64,000 nucleotides of DNA from a virus (IMGVR_UViG_638276471_000001:3189-67188); one strand, 5' to 3'. Positions 9,313-18,725 are shown, counted from the stretch's first letter. Notes: generated by a model not told the origin, from the letters alone. Numbers and translations: made by a program.

Positions 9313-11340
9313 GTGTTCGTACTGCCCGATGAGCTGCCCACCGACATCGACGCGCTCCAGGCGCTCGCACGTCAGGCGCAGGCGGCTATCAACGTCATTC
9401 AGGCCCGCCACGCCGCGCACCTTGCGGGCACCGGCGAGGAACTGACCCCCGACGATGTGCGCGAGCTGCGCTCGCTGGTGGAGGCCGACGAGGCCATTTC
9501 CGCTGCCATCGCAGAAGCCACGCCAGAGGCCGTGGACCAGGCCGAGGTCGACGCCCTCTTGGCCCGCGCGGCTGCGCCTGCGGCCAACGAGGACAACGGC
9601 ACCCCCGCCGACGACGCGCCCGAGGACGGTGGCTCTGCTGCCGACGTGATCGCGGAGGCCGAGGCCGCCACCGCCGAGGCCGCCGCCGGGGAGCCTGCGC
9701 TCGCCGCCAGCGGTGCCGGTGCGCCGTCGGCCAACTTCGCCGCCGTCGGCACCCCCGGTGCTCCCGCCGACGCGGCGGCAGGCAACACCGAGCGCCGGGC
9801 CGGGTGGATTATGTCCCCCGACGCGCCCGGTTACGTCGCCGGGCCGGTCGGCTTCCGCGAGATCGCGCTGGGCATCGACTCGGTGCGCCCCGGTTCGCGC
9901 GGTGCACGCCGCCCCACCGGCCAGCGCGGCAGCTTCTCCACGCAGCGCCTCGCGTCGCTGACGCGTGACGCGCACCTGGTCCAGGACAGCCACGACCTGG
10001 TGGCCGAAATCGAGCGGGCGACCAGCCAGATCAATGGCGGGGAGTTCCGTGGCCAGGCCGTGACCGCCAGCGCGCTGGTGGCCGCCGGTGGCTGGTGCGC
10101 GCCGTCGGAGCAGCTGTACGACTTCTGCGACGTGCCGGACCCGACCGACCTGATCAGCCTCCCGGAAATCACCATCCGACGTGGTGGTGTCCGCTGGCCG
10201 ATTGAGCCGGACGTGTCGGCCCTGCTCACCGACTTCGCGTTCCAGTTCTTCTTCACGGAGCAGCAGCTGGAGGCCGAGGACGGCAACGGCAATCCCACCG
10301 CCGTCAAGGAGTGCATCGAAATCCCGTGCGCCGACGAGTTCGAGGAGCTGCGCCTGGCGGCCATCGGCTACTGCGTCGAGGCGGGCATTCTCCAGGACCA
10401 GGGCTGGCCGGAACTCACCGAGTGGTTCCTGCGCACGTTCGCCGCCGCGCACCTGCGCGGTGTCTCGTGGCGCACGGTCCAGGACATGGTGGCCGGTTCG
10501 GGCACGCCGAAGATCATCCCGACCCAGGCGCTGTCGGTCGGTGCCACCACCTCGGTGCTCAACGGCCTGGCGCTCCAGGCGACCAACCTGCGCCTCCAGC
10601 GCGGTGTCGCCCGCAACGCCACCATCGAAGGCGTTGCGCCGTCGTGGTTCTCCGAGGTCATCCGCGCCGACCTGGCCATTCAGGAGGGTGTCGACACCAA
10701 GGCGATCACCGACGGCCAGATCAACAGCTGGCTGGCGGCTCGCAACATTTACCTCCAGTACGTCGCTGACTGGCAGTCGCGCGGCGCAGGCCAGCCCGGC
10801 CACCTGGACACGGTGCAGTGGCCCAACTCGGTCAACGTCCTGCTGTACCCGGCCGGTACCTGGTTCCGCGCCATGCAGAACGTGATCGACCTGGGGGTCA
10901 TGTACCCCAAGGAGCAGCTCCAGGTGAACCGGTACACCCGGTTCTTCACGGAGGACTCCATCGCGGTCGGCAAGCGTTGCGAGCACTCGATCAACGTGCA
11001 GCTCCCGCTGTGCGTCAACGGTGCCATCGGCGAACGCATCGAGGTGTCGTGCAACGTCGATCCCGGCGACAACAGCTTCACGCTGACCAACACCGCCGAG
11101 TCGGGCCAGTACAAGCTGAAGGTCGGTGGCAAGACCACCGCTGACATCGCGTACAACGCCGACAACGCGACCATCAAGAGCGCGCTGGTGGCGCTGGACG
11201 ACGGTTACTCGGCCAGCGACTTCGACGTGACCGGTACGTCGCCGAAGACGATCAAGGCTCCCAAGGAGCTGGGGTCGATTGAGGTGGTTGCCGGTACCAC
11301 GCCGGTCGCCGGTGGCACGGTGACGGTGACCCTGGCCTAA
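9313..11340 (+). CDS. major capsid protein with N-terminal scaffold-like region and C-terminal accessory domain
   Basis: Acidic Ala-rich N-terminus, ALVAAGGWCAPSE, LPEITIRRGG; AGGAG RBS; position after protease. Confidence 0.88.
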   Translation: MFVLPDELPTDIDALQALARQAQAAINVIQARHAAHLAGTGEELTPDDVRELRSLVEADEAISAAIAEATPEAVDQAEVDALLARAAAPAANEDNGTPADDAPEDGGSAADVIAEAEAATAEAAAGEPALAASGAGAPSANFAAVGTPGAPADAAAGNTERRAGWIMSPDAPGYVAGPVGFREIALGIDSVRPGSRGARRPTGQRGSFSTQRLASLTRDAHLVQDSHDLVAEIERATSQINGGEFRGQAVTASALVAAGGWCAPSEQLYDFCDVPDPTDLISLPEITIRRGGVRWPIEPDVSALLTDFAFQFFFTEQQLEAEDGNGNPTAVKECIEIPCADEFEELRLAAIGYCVEAGILQDQGWPELTEWFLRTFAAAHLRGVSWRTVQDMVAGSGTPKIIPTQALSVGATTSVLNGLALQATNLRLQRGVARNATIEGVAPSWFSEVIRADLAIQEGVDTKAITDGQINSWLAARNIYLQYVADWQSRGAGQPGHLDTVQWPNSVNVLLYPAGTWFRAMQNVIDLGVMYPKEQLQVNRYTRFFTEDSIAVGKRCEHSINVQLPLCVNGAIGERIEVSCNVDPGDNSFTLTNTAESGQYKLKVGGKTTADIAYNADNATIKSALVALDDGYSASDFDVTGTSPKTIKAPKELGSIEVVAGTTPVAGGTVTVTLA

Positions 11341-11359
11341 CTGGCCGACCGCTACGGAC

Positions 11360-11406
11360 TAGGCGGTAGGCGTGAACACTCCGAGGCCGTTCACGCCTAC
11401 CGCCTA
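11360..11406. terminator. 18-bp perfect stem-loop after capsid gene
   Basis: TAGGCGGTAGGCGTGAAC / GTTCACGCCTACCGCCTA; no U-tract. Confidence 0.6.
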
Positions 11407-11433
11407 CCGTCGTCTTAGAGGAGGATCGACACC

Positions 11434-12252
11434 ATGGCGCTTGGCACCCTGACCACCGAAAGCAGTGCGCTCCCGGTTCAGTTCGACGCACCGCTGGTCA
11501 ACCCTTCGCCGCAGGGCCTGTACGGGGCCACGCAATGGTCCGAGGATGCGGGACCGTCGCGGTTCCTGATCAGCGGCGTGGACGTACTGGCGCACAACTA
11601 CGGCGGCGCGCTGTCCACCGGACTGTGGGGCGCGCCGTGGTGCGTCGCCCCCGACGACTTGACCGAAAACGACATCAAGACCGGCACCCGTCCGCAGAAC
11701 CTGGACACCTTCGTGGCCATGGTCCCGTGGGGGTTTGACGAGTGTGCGCTGACTGCGCCGAGCCGAGACGAGGTCCGCTTGCGTGCAACGCAGAACCTGC
11801 GCCTGCGCGAGCAGGTCATGGTCGAGCGGGAGTTCGCCGACCGGCTCCTGGACGACGTGGGGACGCCGGATGAAGTCGAAGGCCTTATCGGCGCGGTGGC
11901 CGCCCTGGAGGCCGACCTTGCCGTCACCGGGACGCTGGGCCTGATCCACGCCAGCGCGCAGCTGGCCGCCGCCGCCACGCACCTGGGACTGGTGCTGCGC
12001 AGCGGCAACAAACTCACCACACCGCTGGGACACCAGTGGGTGTTTGGTGGCGGTTACGTCGATGGCCTGGCCAACACCCTGGTGGCCACCAGCCCGACAT
12101 TTGGCTGGCGCGACGCGGTGGCAACCCGCGAAGCACTGGACCATACGCACAACCGGTTTGTCGCCATCGCGGAGCGCGCGCTGGTGATCGGCTACGAGGC
12201 CGCCATCGGGGCGGCCAGCATTGTTGACCCCGAACCGACTGAGGAGCCGTAA
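11434..12252 (+). CDS. second capsid protein (probable pentamer/vertex protein)
   Basis: GAGGAGG RBS; LRLREQVMVEREF, GAVAALE, TPLGHQWVFGGGY, AIAER; synteny with cluster B heads. Confidence 0.65.
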   Translation: MALGTLTTESSALPVQFDAPLVNPSPQGLYGATQWSEDAGPSRFLISGVDVLAHNYGGALSTGLWGAPWCVAPDDLTENDIKTGTRPQNLDTFVAMVPWGFDECALTAPSRDEVRLRATQNLRLREQVMVEREFADRLLDDVGTPDEVEGLIGAVAALEADLAVTGTLGLIHASAQLAAAATHLGLVLRSGNKLTTPLGHQWVFGGGYVDGLANTLVATSPTFGWRDAVATREALDHTHNRFVAIAERALVIGYEAAIGAASIVDPEPTEEP

Positions 12253-13001
12253 TGCCCGCAGGTATCGCCGTCGAACTCGACAACGGGTTCGCCACCCTGG
12301 AGTTCCTGGACAAGGCCGCCCGGGGCCGGGCGCTGGAGGCGCTGATCCGCGTTGGTGGACCGGCGACCATCGAGAAGCTGACCCGCGAGAAGGGCGCGCG
12401 CTCGGTGCGCTACCGGGTGCCCGAAGGCAACGCGCGCGAGGCCGGGTTGCTGGACGACTACGAGGGAGGCCTCTCCAACGTCGTGGCCAGCGGCGGCACC
12501 GACGCCACCGGCATCGTGCTCCCGGAGACGCCGACCAGCAAGGGCCTCGTGCACGGCCAGCAGATGCGCAGCGGCACCTATCGCGGCGGCGACACCGGCA
12601 ACGTGCACACCACCACGCCGAGCGACCCGGTGGCACGCGGCATCGCCACACCGACGCACGCCGAGGTCATCGAGCACGTGGCCGCCAGCGGCCCTGTGCA
12701 GCCGCAGGGCGTCCCGGCAGAGGCCTACCCGGCACCGGAGCCTGGCGGGGCCTACATCGGCATGCAGGGCCTTGGTGAGGACGTGACACCGGCAGAGGCC
12801 GAAACGTCCGGCTCCGGGGACGGTGGCGTGGTCGTTGACGTGCCCGGCGACGACGACATCGTGGCCAAGCAAGCGTGGCCCGCCGGTGAGCCGAACGAGG
12901 ACTGGAAGCGTTCGGAGCTGGACGCCTACGCCGCCAGCATCGGCATCAACACCAAGAACCTCGACAACAAGGCCGCCGTCCTGGACGCGCTCAAGAAATA
13001 A
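12252..13001 (+). CDS. head accessory/decoration protein
   Basis: TAATG overlap; YRVPEGNAREAGL; C-terminal WKRSELDAYAA helical domain. Confidence 0.55.
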   Translation: MPAGIAVELDNGFATLEFLDKAARGRALEALIRVGGPATIEKLTREKGARSVRYRVPEGNAREAGLLDDYEGGLSNVVASGGTDATGIVLPETPTSKGLVHGQQMRSGTYRGGDTGNVHTTTPSDPVARGIATPTHAEVIEHVAASGPVQPQGVPAEAYPAPEPGGAYIGMQGLGEDVTPAEAETSGSGDGGVVVDVPGDDDIVAKQAWPAGEPNEDWKRSELDAYAASIGINTKNLDNKAAVLDALKK

Positions 13002-13037
13002 CCCGGTGATGACAGTTCACGGAGGTGAGGAGGCGCG

Positions 13038-13580
13038 ATGGACGCCGCATCCCATTACGTCGCTCGCCCGGTGTTCGCGCCGGGCCCGACGCGGCGCTTC
13101 ACTGTCGTATCAGACCGGGCCGCCGGTGATGTGATGACCAGCGAGGAGCGGCTGGCGCTGGCCGACAAGCTGGCGGCCGAGTACACCCGGCACATCGACT
13201 ACATCCGCACCCAGACGGTGCTGTTCGGTCTGCTGCCGCTCTTCTACGGCATCCTCACCTTCGTCTTTGGCGACGACCTGTGGGCAGGCGGTGTTGTTTA
13301 CAGCACCGCGCTCCAGGTGCCGTATGCGCCGCAGTCCTGGGGTGTGGCCTTCATCGTCATGGGCATGGGCGTCATCGTGAACGCGTGGTACCGCCGCCAG
13401 CGTCTGCTGGTGGCCTCCTGCATGCTCACCGCGCTCATCCTGTCGATGTTCATGGTCACGTTCCTGACCGAGGTGGTGGTCAGTGACAACCTGTCTGGCC
13501 TGCCGCCTGGCGTGGTGTACGGCATCTTCTCGCTCTCGTTCATGCACCGAGCGCGGCTGGCCTGGAACTCGCGGGGATGA
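13038..13580 (+). CDS. membrane protein (about 4 TM)
   Basis: GAGGAGG RBS; four hydrophobic segments. Confidence 0.75.
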   Translation: MDAASHYVARPVFAPGPTRRFTVVSDRAAGDVMTSEERLALADKLAAEYTRHIDYIRTQTVLFGLLPLFYGILTFVFGDDLWAGGVVYSTALQVPYAPQSWGVAFIVMGMGVIVNAWYRRQRLLVASCMLTALILSMFMVTFLTEVVVSDNLSGLPPGVVYGIFSLSFMHRARLAWNSRG

Positions 13581-14059
13581 GCGGGGACCAGGTGCGGCGC
13601 GTCGTGTGGTGGGCGCGCCATTCGCGCCAGGTTCAAAGCGGGTCGCCGCCGCTCTACCGCATTTTGCTGGTGGCCAGTGTCTGCGCCGGTGTGGTGCAGA
13701 GTTTCAAGCGCACCCCGCCGAACAGCATCGCTGAGAACAGCCCCACCTGGTACGGATATGCGCTTATCGGCGTATTGCTATTCGGGGGAATTACGGCGTT
13801 GCTGGGCCTTTATATGGCCGACGAGAATAAGCACCACGCCACCCGGTTGAATTTCTCGCTGAACGTCGAACTGCTGGGGCTCGTAGCACTGCAAACTGCC
13901 ACGATCATCAACATGGCGGGGGTTATTGCGAACCAGATCGACCAGGGCAACGGTTGGGCACCGTCGTCGCCGTCGAGCTGGTACAGCCTTGGGTTCTCGT
14001 TGTGGATGTGGTTCCGAATCAAGGACATCATCCTTGGCATCCGGATGCTGACGAAATGA
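13577..14059 (+). CDS. membrane protein (about 4 TM)
   Basis: ATGA overlap; hydrophobic segments. Confidence 0.75.
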   Translation: MSGDQVRRVVWWARHSRQVQSGSPPLYRILLVASVCAGVVQSFKRTPPNSIAENSPTWYGYALIGVLLFGGITALLGLYMADENKHHATRLNFSLNVELLGLVALQTATIINMAGVIANQIDQGNGWAPSSPSSWYSLGFSLWMWFRIKDIILGIRMLTK

Positions 14060-14388
14060 CGGCGGCGCTGGTCCTGCAACTGCTCGGCGGCGCTGGTTTT
14101 CTGGCCGGGGTCGCGGCCCTGTTGCATTTCCTGAATACCCGCCAGTCCACCCGGTCAAAAGGGAGTGCGGAGGCCTATCAGGCGTATCGCACTTTCGTCA
14201 CCGGTGCATTTGACGATGCGGCGCGCGTGAACACCGGTCTGATGACCGAGCGCGACAAGCTCAACACCGTACGCGCCCTGCTCATTGACCTGGTGCAGGA
14301 GCTGATTACGCAGCTGCGGGAGCGCGGTGCCACGCCAGACGACGTGGTCGCCTACCAGGACCGCCTGGACGAGGTGCGCGCACTGTAA
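14056..14388 (+). CDS. membrane-anchored coiled-coil protein
   Basis: ATGA overlap; N-terminal TM then helical region. Confidence 0.7.
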   Translation: MTAALVLQLLGGAGFLAGVAALLHFLNTRQSTRSKGSAEAYQAYRTFVTGAFDDAARVNTGLMTERDKLNTVRALLIDLVQELITQLRERGATPDDVVAYQDRLDEVRAL

Positions 14389-14411
14389 GGTGCACCGCTG
14401 GAATCTAGTGT
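14389..14411 (+). promoter_or_regulatory. putative promoter for major tail gene
   Basis: GGTGCAC-N10-TAGTGT, matching 9201-9223. Confidence 0.45.
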
Positions 14412-14477
14412 CTGTGGTGCGGCCTCGGAACCCGTACTGGCGCTCAGCGCCTTGGCACTAGCAGGAGACAAGCCAGC

Positions 14478-15554
14478 ATGGCCGAGTTCCCCGTGGTGAA
14501 GGGCTACACCCTCCGCGCCACCAAGATCAACAACTGCGGTCGCCCGGAATCCGGCGCGGCCAACCGCCTCGTCACCGAAGGCTTCGTCAGCTTCAACCTG
14601 TCGCCGGAAATGAAGGCGGCTGAGCAGCTGGAGCAGACCAACGCCGCTGGCAAGGTGTGCGTCACCGACCGCACGCCGCCTGAGCGCAAGTGGTGGAACA
14701 TCGAGGCCACCCTGTGCAACGTCAACACCGAACTCATCACCCTGTTCACCGGGTGGGAGCAGGTTGTCGACTTCGCCGACCTGCCTGTCGGTATCCGCGA
14801 CAAGGCTGAGGTCGATGGCGACTACGGCGTGGCGTTGGAGGTCTGGACCGGCGGCGAAGGCGAGGACGACTGCCCAGTGCCGACCACGGACTCGATCTTC
14901 TCGGTGGCCACCTCCGGTAAGCAGTACGGCTACCTGCTGCTGGGCGGCAAGGAGTTCACGCTCGGCAACATCGAAATCGGCGCGTCGGTGTCCACGTTCA
15001 CCATCTCGGGCATCTCGCTGGCCATGCCGCACTGGGGCAAGGGTCCGTACAACGTGGCCGCCATCGACGGCAACGGCACGCCCGGCCGCCTGCTGGCACC
15101 GACCGGCAAGAAGGAGCACATCACCTTGTTCCGCACGCCGGTGCCGCCCCCGGAGCCGACCGGCGGCGCGGTGCCGCTCGACATCACCGGCAAGTTCCAG
15201 GGCACGACCTACTACTTCGGCGGCCCGGCGGGCGCACCGGCGGCCGACGTGGCTCCCGAGCAGGACGACGGCACCGAGCTGGTGCTGTCGGTGTCCGGCA
15301 CCGCCACCGCTGGGCAGTTCAAGCTGGCGGTCAACGGCAAGGTCACCGACAACATCGACTACGACGCGACGGCGGCCGAGGTCAAGACCGCGCTGGTGGC
15401 TCTGGACGATGGCTTTGAGGCCAGCGACTGGGCGACCAGCGGTGGACCTCTGCCCGGTGACGACGTGACCATCGTGCCGCCGCTGGGCGCGACGGTGACC
15501 ATCAGCCAGCAGTCGCTGACCGGTGGCACGCTCTCGCTGGATGTGGCGTCCTAA
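14478..15554 (+). CDS. major tail (tube) protein
   Basis: AGGAG RBS; LRATKINNCGRP, VALEVWTG, WGKGPYNV; C-terminal accessory domain. Confidence 0.85.
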   Translation: MAEFPVVKGYTLRATKINNCGRPESGAANRLVTEGFVSFNLSPEMKAAEQLEQTNAAGKVCVTDRTPPERKWWNIEATLCNVNTELITLFTGWEQVVDFADLPVGIRDKAEVDGDYGVALEVWTGGEGEDDCPVPTTDSIFSVATSGKQYGYLLLGGKEFTLGNIEIGASVSTFTISGISLAMPHWGKGPYNVAAIDGNGTPGRLLAPTGKKEHITLFRTPVPPPEPTGGAVPLDITGKFQGTTYYFGGPAGAPAADVAPEQDDGTELVLSVSGTATAGQFKLAVNGKVTDNIDYDATAAEVKTALVALDDGFEASDWATSGGPLPGDDVTIVPPLGATVTISQQSLTGGTLSLDVAS

Positions 15555-15560
15555 GCACCG

Positions 15561-15605
15561 ACGAAACAACCCCCGTACCCGAGGCCGGTACGGGGTTGTT
15601 CGTTT
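15561..15605. terminator. bidirectional intrinsic terminator
   Basis: AACAACCCCCGTACC / GGTACGGGGTTGTT stem between convergent genes. Confidence 0.8.
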
Positions 15606-15612
15606 GTGGGGG

Positions 15613-15726
15613 TTACTCGTCAGGCTCTGGCTCGTAGAACTGGCATGTCGGGTCGTGGTCGGTGACCGGGTGGCCGCACTCAGGGCACCAGCGCGGCTCC
15701 TCCACGTCGGCGGGGTCGCGGCGCAT
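15613..15726 (-). CDS. 37-aa Cys/His peptide (WCPECGH...H...C)
   Basis: TGATG overlap with upstream gene; ends at terminator. Confidence 0.55.
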   Translation of the reverse strand: MRRDPADVEEPRWCPECGHPVTDHDPTCQFYEPEPDE

Positions 15727-15917
15727 CAGACCAGGCCCTTGGCCATGTAGCGGCGCAGGATGGCCAGCGCGGTGTCGATGTCCTTGTAGGCGGCAATCTC
15801 GGCCAGCTCGCGCAGGTCGCTGGTCTCCGGGTTGGCACCGGCGGCCGGGCAGGTCATGAAGTGCGGCAGGCTGGCGTCCTCGGAGGTGAGGCAGTCGCAT
15901 CCGGTGGCGTTCGACAT
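15726..15917 (-). CDS. 63-aa hypothetical (MSNATGCDC...H...C)
   Basis: GAAAGGA RBS within repeat cassette. Confidence 0.7.
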   Translation of the reverse strand: MSNATGCDCLTSEDASLPHFMTCPAAGANPETSDLRELAEIAAYKDIDTALAILRRYMAKGLV

Positions 15918-15923
15918 GTCGTG

Positions 15924-15993
15924 TCCTTTCGGGTGGGCGGGTCTGTCCCGCCGTGCAAGACCAACAATACGTCGACATCGCGGTGTTGTCTCC
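15924..15993 (-). promoter_or_regulatory. repeat expression cassette copy 2
   Basis: Near-identical core to copy 1 (CCCGCCGTGCAAGACCAACAATACGTCGACA on +). Confidence 0.8.
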
Positions 15994-16027
15994 CCCGTGG
16001 TGCGTGCCCGCGCGATAGCCTGAGCCG

Positions 16028-16813
16028 GTGAGTTGTGACTGGCCAGTCGACCGCTCCTGCTTCGATGCCCTGCCGCCGGAGCCGGAGCCACCTGGCGACG
16101 GAGCGAGCGAGCAGGAACAGGCCGCCTACGCCGCCGCCGTGGCCGAGCGGGAGGCGCTGATCCAGCGGCGCAACATGGCCGAGGACACCGCTGTCATGGT
16201 GCTGTGGGCGTTCACCGGTCGCCAGTTCGGCCTCTGCGAGACCACCGTGCGCCCATGCCCGGGCGGCGGTGGCCCGCGCGACATGCGCCCCTGGAGCCAG
16301 CCGCTGCTGTGGTGGGACGGCACGCACTGGCTCAACGCCAGCTGCGGGTGCGCCGGGCGGTGCCAGGTCTCCGGGCCTGGCGTCGTGCACCTGCCCAGTC
16401 CGGCGGCCGAGGTGCTGGCGGTGACGCTCGGCGACACCGTGCTGGACGAAAGCGAGTACGTGCTGGAAGGTAACGCGCTCTACCGGCGCGGCGGCAAGGC
16501 CTGGCCGAGCCAAGACCTGGGACGGCCACTCGGTGAGCGCGGCACCTGGAGCGTGCAGTACCTGCGCGGCCTGCCGGTGCCCGCCGGGGGCGACAAGATG
16601 GCGGGCCTGCTGGCCAAGGAGTTCGTCAGCGCGTGTGACGGCGGCGCATGCCGGTTGCCGCGCACCGTGGTGCAGACAACGCGCCAGGGCGTCACGCACG
16701 TGTTCGACGCCACCAAGCTCCTGGACCTGGGATACACCGGCCTAACCGAGGTGGATACCTGGCTGGCCGCGATCAACCCCCACCACCTCCAGCAGGCACC
16801 GGTGGTCCTGTGA
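16028..16813 (+). CDS. head-to-tail adaptor
   Basis: LWAFTGRQFGLCETTVRPC, CRLP, RQGV, TGLTEVDTWLAAINP. Confidence 0.75.
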   Translation: MSCDWPVDRSCFDALPPEPEPPGDGASEQEQAAYAAAVAEREALIQRRNMAEDTAVMVLWAFTGRQFGLCETTVRPCPGGGGPRDMRPWSQPLLWWDGTHWLNASCGCAGRCQVSGPGVVHLPSPAAEVLAVTLGDTVLDESEYVLEGNALYRRGGKAWPSQDLGRPLGERGTWSVQYLRGLPVPAGGDKMAGLLAKEFVSACDGGACRLPRTVVQTTRQGVTHVFDATKLLDLGYTGLTEVDTWLAAINPHHLQQAPVVL

Positions 16814-17370
16814 CCGCACCGGAGGCCGTGGTGCCTGAAGACCCCGCCATCAGCGCGGTGAACGCGTTCGTGGCCGCGCTCAAGCTGGCGTTCAACCCCA
16901 ACGACAAGGTCCAGCCACCGCTGGGCGGCGGCACCAAGAACGTGCGGTTCTTCGCCGGTGACGGCCCGGCCCTTGCGGCGTTCGACGCGCACGTCGGGGT
17001 GTCCGGCGACAACTGCGCAGAGCCTTTCGCCTGGGTGCGCCTGGCGCGCCGGTACTACTTCCGGCCCGGCGCGTTCCCGGCCCCTGTGGTCGACACCAGC
17101 GAGAAGTGCGCCGACACCATGGCGGCGGCGGCCATTGAGATCGGCGTCGCCCGGTGCACCGTCGCCGCGCAGGCCACCCCGACGTTCGAGCAGTACGCGC
17201 ACGAGGCCGAGGTCAGCCTGGACGACTCCTGGCGCATCAGCCTGGCGCTGTGCACGGCGGCGAAGATGCTGCGCACCCCCAAGCGCAACGTCGGACTCGA
17301 CACCATCACGCCGTATGGTCCCGAAGGCGGCGTCGTCGCCTGGGTGGGCCAGGCATTCGTCCAGCTATAG
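16810..17370 (+). CDS. tail terminator/completion-like protein
   Basis: GTGA overlap; EIGVARC, PYGPEGGVVAW; synteny. Confidence 0.6.
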   Translation: MTAPEAVVPEDPAISAVNAFVAALKLAFNPNDKVQPPLGGGTKNVRFFAGDGPALAAFDAHVGVSGDNCAEPFAWVRLARRYYFRPGAFPAPVVDTSEKCADTMAAAAIEIGVARCTVAAQATPTFEQYAHEAEVSLDDSWRISLALCTAAKMLRTPKRNVGLDTITPYGPEGGVVAWVGQAFVQL

Positions 17371-17378
17371 GAGGCACC

Positions 17379-17732
17379 GTGGAGGTCACCGTCGAAGGCA
17401 CGCTCACGCCGAGCGTCTACCTGGGCACCGGCGAGCGCCAGCGCGTCGAGCTGACCCCGGAGGTCCGGCGCAAGATCAGCCGTGGCTACATCAAGATCGT
17501 GGCCTACCACGACACCGACCCGGTCACCCCCGAACCCGAGGAGCGCCTGGAGGCACCGCAGGCGGTGCCGTCCACACCGGAGGCGGTGGCCCCGAAGCCA
17601 CCGGCACGCAACGCCAGCCGCGACGACTGGGCTGAGTTCCTGGCCAGCTTCCCGGACAACGCGTTTGTCACCGAGGGCAAGGACCGTGCGGCGCTGATCG
17701 CTGAGTGGGACGAGTACCTGGAGAACAGCTAG
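17379..17732 (+). CDS. hypothetical virion-associated protein
   Basis: AGGAGG RBS; C-terminal PARNASRDDWAEF helical domain. Confidence 0.7.
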   Translation: MEVTVEGTLTPSVYLGTGERQRVELTPEVRRKISRGYIKIVAYHDTDPVTPEPEERLEAPQAVPSTPEAVAPKPPARNASRDDWAEFLASFPDNAFVTEGKDRAALIAEWDEYLENS

Positions 17733-18160
17733 TGGTCCAGGTCAGCGTGCGCTACGAAGGTTTCGACTACAACCCGGTCGGAGCGGCGGCGCAGGTCGGC
17801 CCGATCCTGCGGCGCACCCATAGCTCGCTGACCCGCCAAATCGCCAACGAGACCCGTGCACGGGTGCCGGTGCTGACCGGGCACCTGGGCCGGTCAGTGC
17901 GGGAAGACCCGCAGGTCATGGTCACCCCGTTCCACGTGTCCGGCGGTGTCACCGCGCACGCGAAATACGCCGCAGCTGTCCACGAGGGGACTCGGCCACA
18001 CGTTATCCGGGCCAAGCACGCGCAGGCGCTTCACTTCTGGTGGCGTGGCCGCGAGGTGTTCGTGCGCCAGGTCAACCACCCCGGCACGCGCGCCCGGCCG
18101 TATCTGCGCAACGCAGGCGAGGCGGTGGTCCGGCGCGACCGCCGCATCCGTGTGCGCTGA
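17732..18160 (+). CDS. HK97 gp10-like neck protein
   Basis: PVLTGHLGRS, YAAAVHEGT, VNHPGTRARPYL. Confidence 0.75.
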   Translation: MVQVSVRYEGFDYNPVGAAAQVGPILRRTHSSLTRQIANETRARVPVLTGHLGRSVREDPQVMVTPFHVSGGVTAHAKYAAAVHEGTRPHVIRAKHAQALHFWWRGREVFVRQVNHPGTRARPYLRNAGEAVVRRDRRIRVR

Positions 18161-18214
18161 CCATGTGTCGCACGGCGGTGATATCGTGCGATCAACTACG
18201 ACGTAAGGCCTCGA

Positions 18215-18700
18215 ATGACAACCTTCGCACCTGACGGTTCCGTGCTGGACGACGACGGAGAGGACACCCCGACCACCGACGAGGTGTTCCACGCGCCGGT
18301 CAAGCATGAGGACAAGGCACCGGCCATCGACACCACCACCGAGCTGGCGGTGGTGGAAGAGGTCAAGGACGTGGCCGAGGTAGACCACCGATGGATGCAC
18401 GACTACCTGGAGTTCGAGGGCGACCGCCTGGAGGTGCGCCTGCCAACCGAGCAGGCGCTCTCGGCGTTCTCCATCTCGGTGTCGAAGTACATGCCTGCGG
18501 AAGTGCAGAACGACATGGTCGGCCTGTTCATCGCCAAGCACATGTCCCCCGCGAGCTACACCCACGTCATGGCCCGCATGATGGATCCCGATGACCCGAC
18601 CTACACCAGCAAGACGGTCGGCGAACTCATGGGCGCGATCAGCCGGGCTTCCATGGCCGCCCGCAAGGCCGCACAGGAAACCGGCGAAGAGTCGGAATAG
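18215..18700 (+). CDS. tail assembly chaperone (stand-alone G-like)
   Basis: Directly upstream of tape measure; similar to 34376-34732. Confidence 0.7.
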   Translation: MTTFAPDGSVLDDDGEDTPTTDEVFHAPVKHEDKAPAIDTTTELAVVEEVKDVAEVDHRWMHDYLEFEGDRLEVRLPTEQALSAFSISVSKYMPAEVQNDMVGLFIAKHMSPASYTHVMARMMDPDDPTYTSKTVGELMGAISRASMAARKAAQETGEESE

Positions 18701-18725
18701 CAGCCTTGTGCGATAGCCTGGCCCG

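Noticed and set aside
18640-18725. Canonical slippery site at the end of the chaperone before tape measure (CAGGAAAC)
   Set aside because: Only 25 nt separate its stop from the tape measure start, leaving no room for a T ORF
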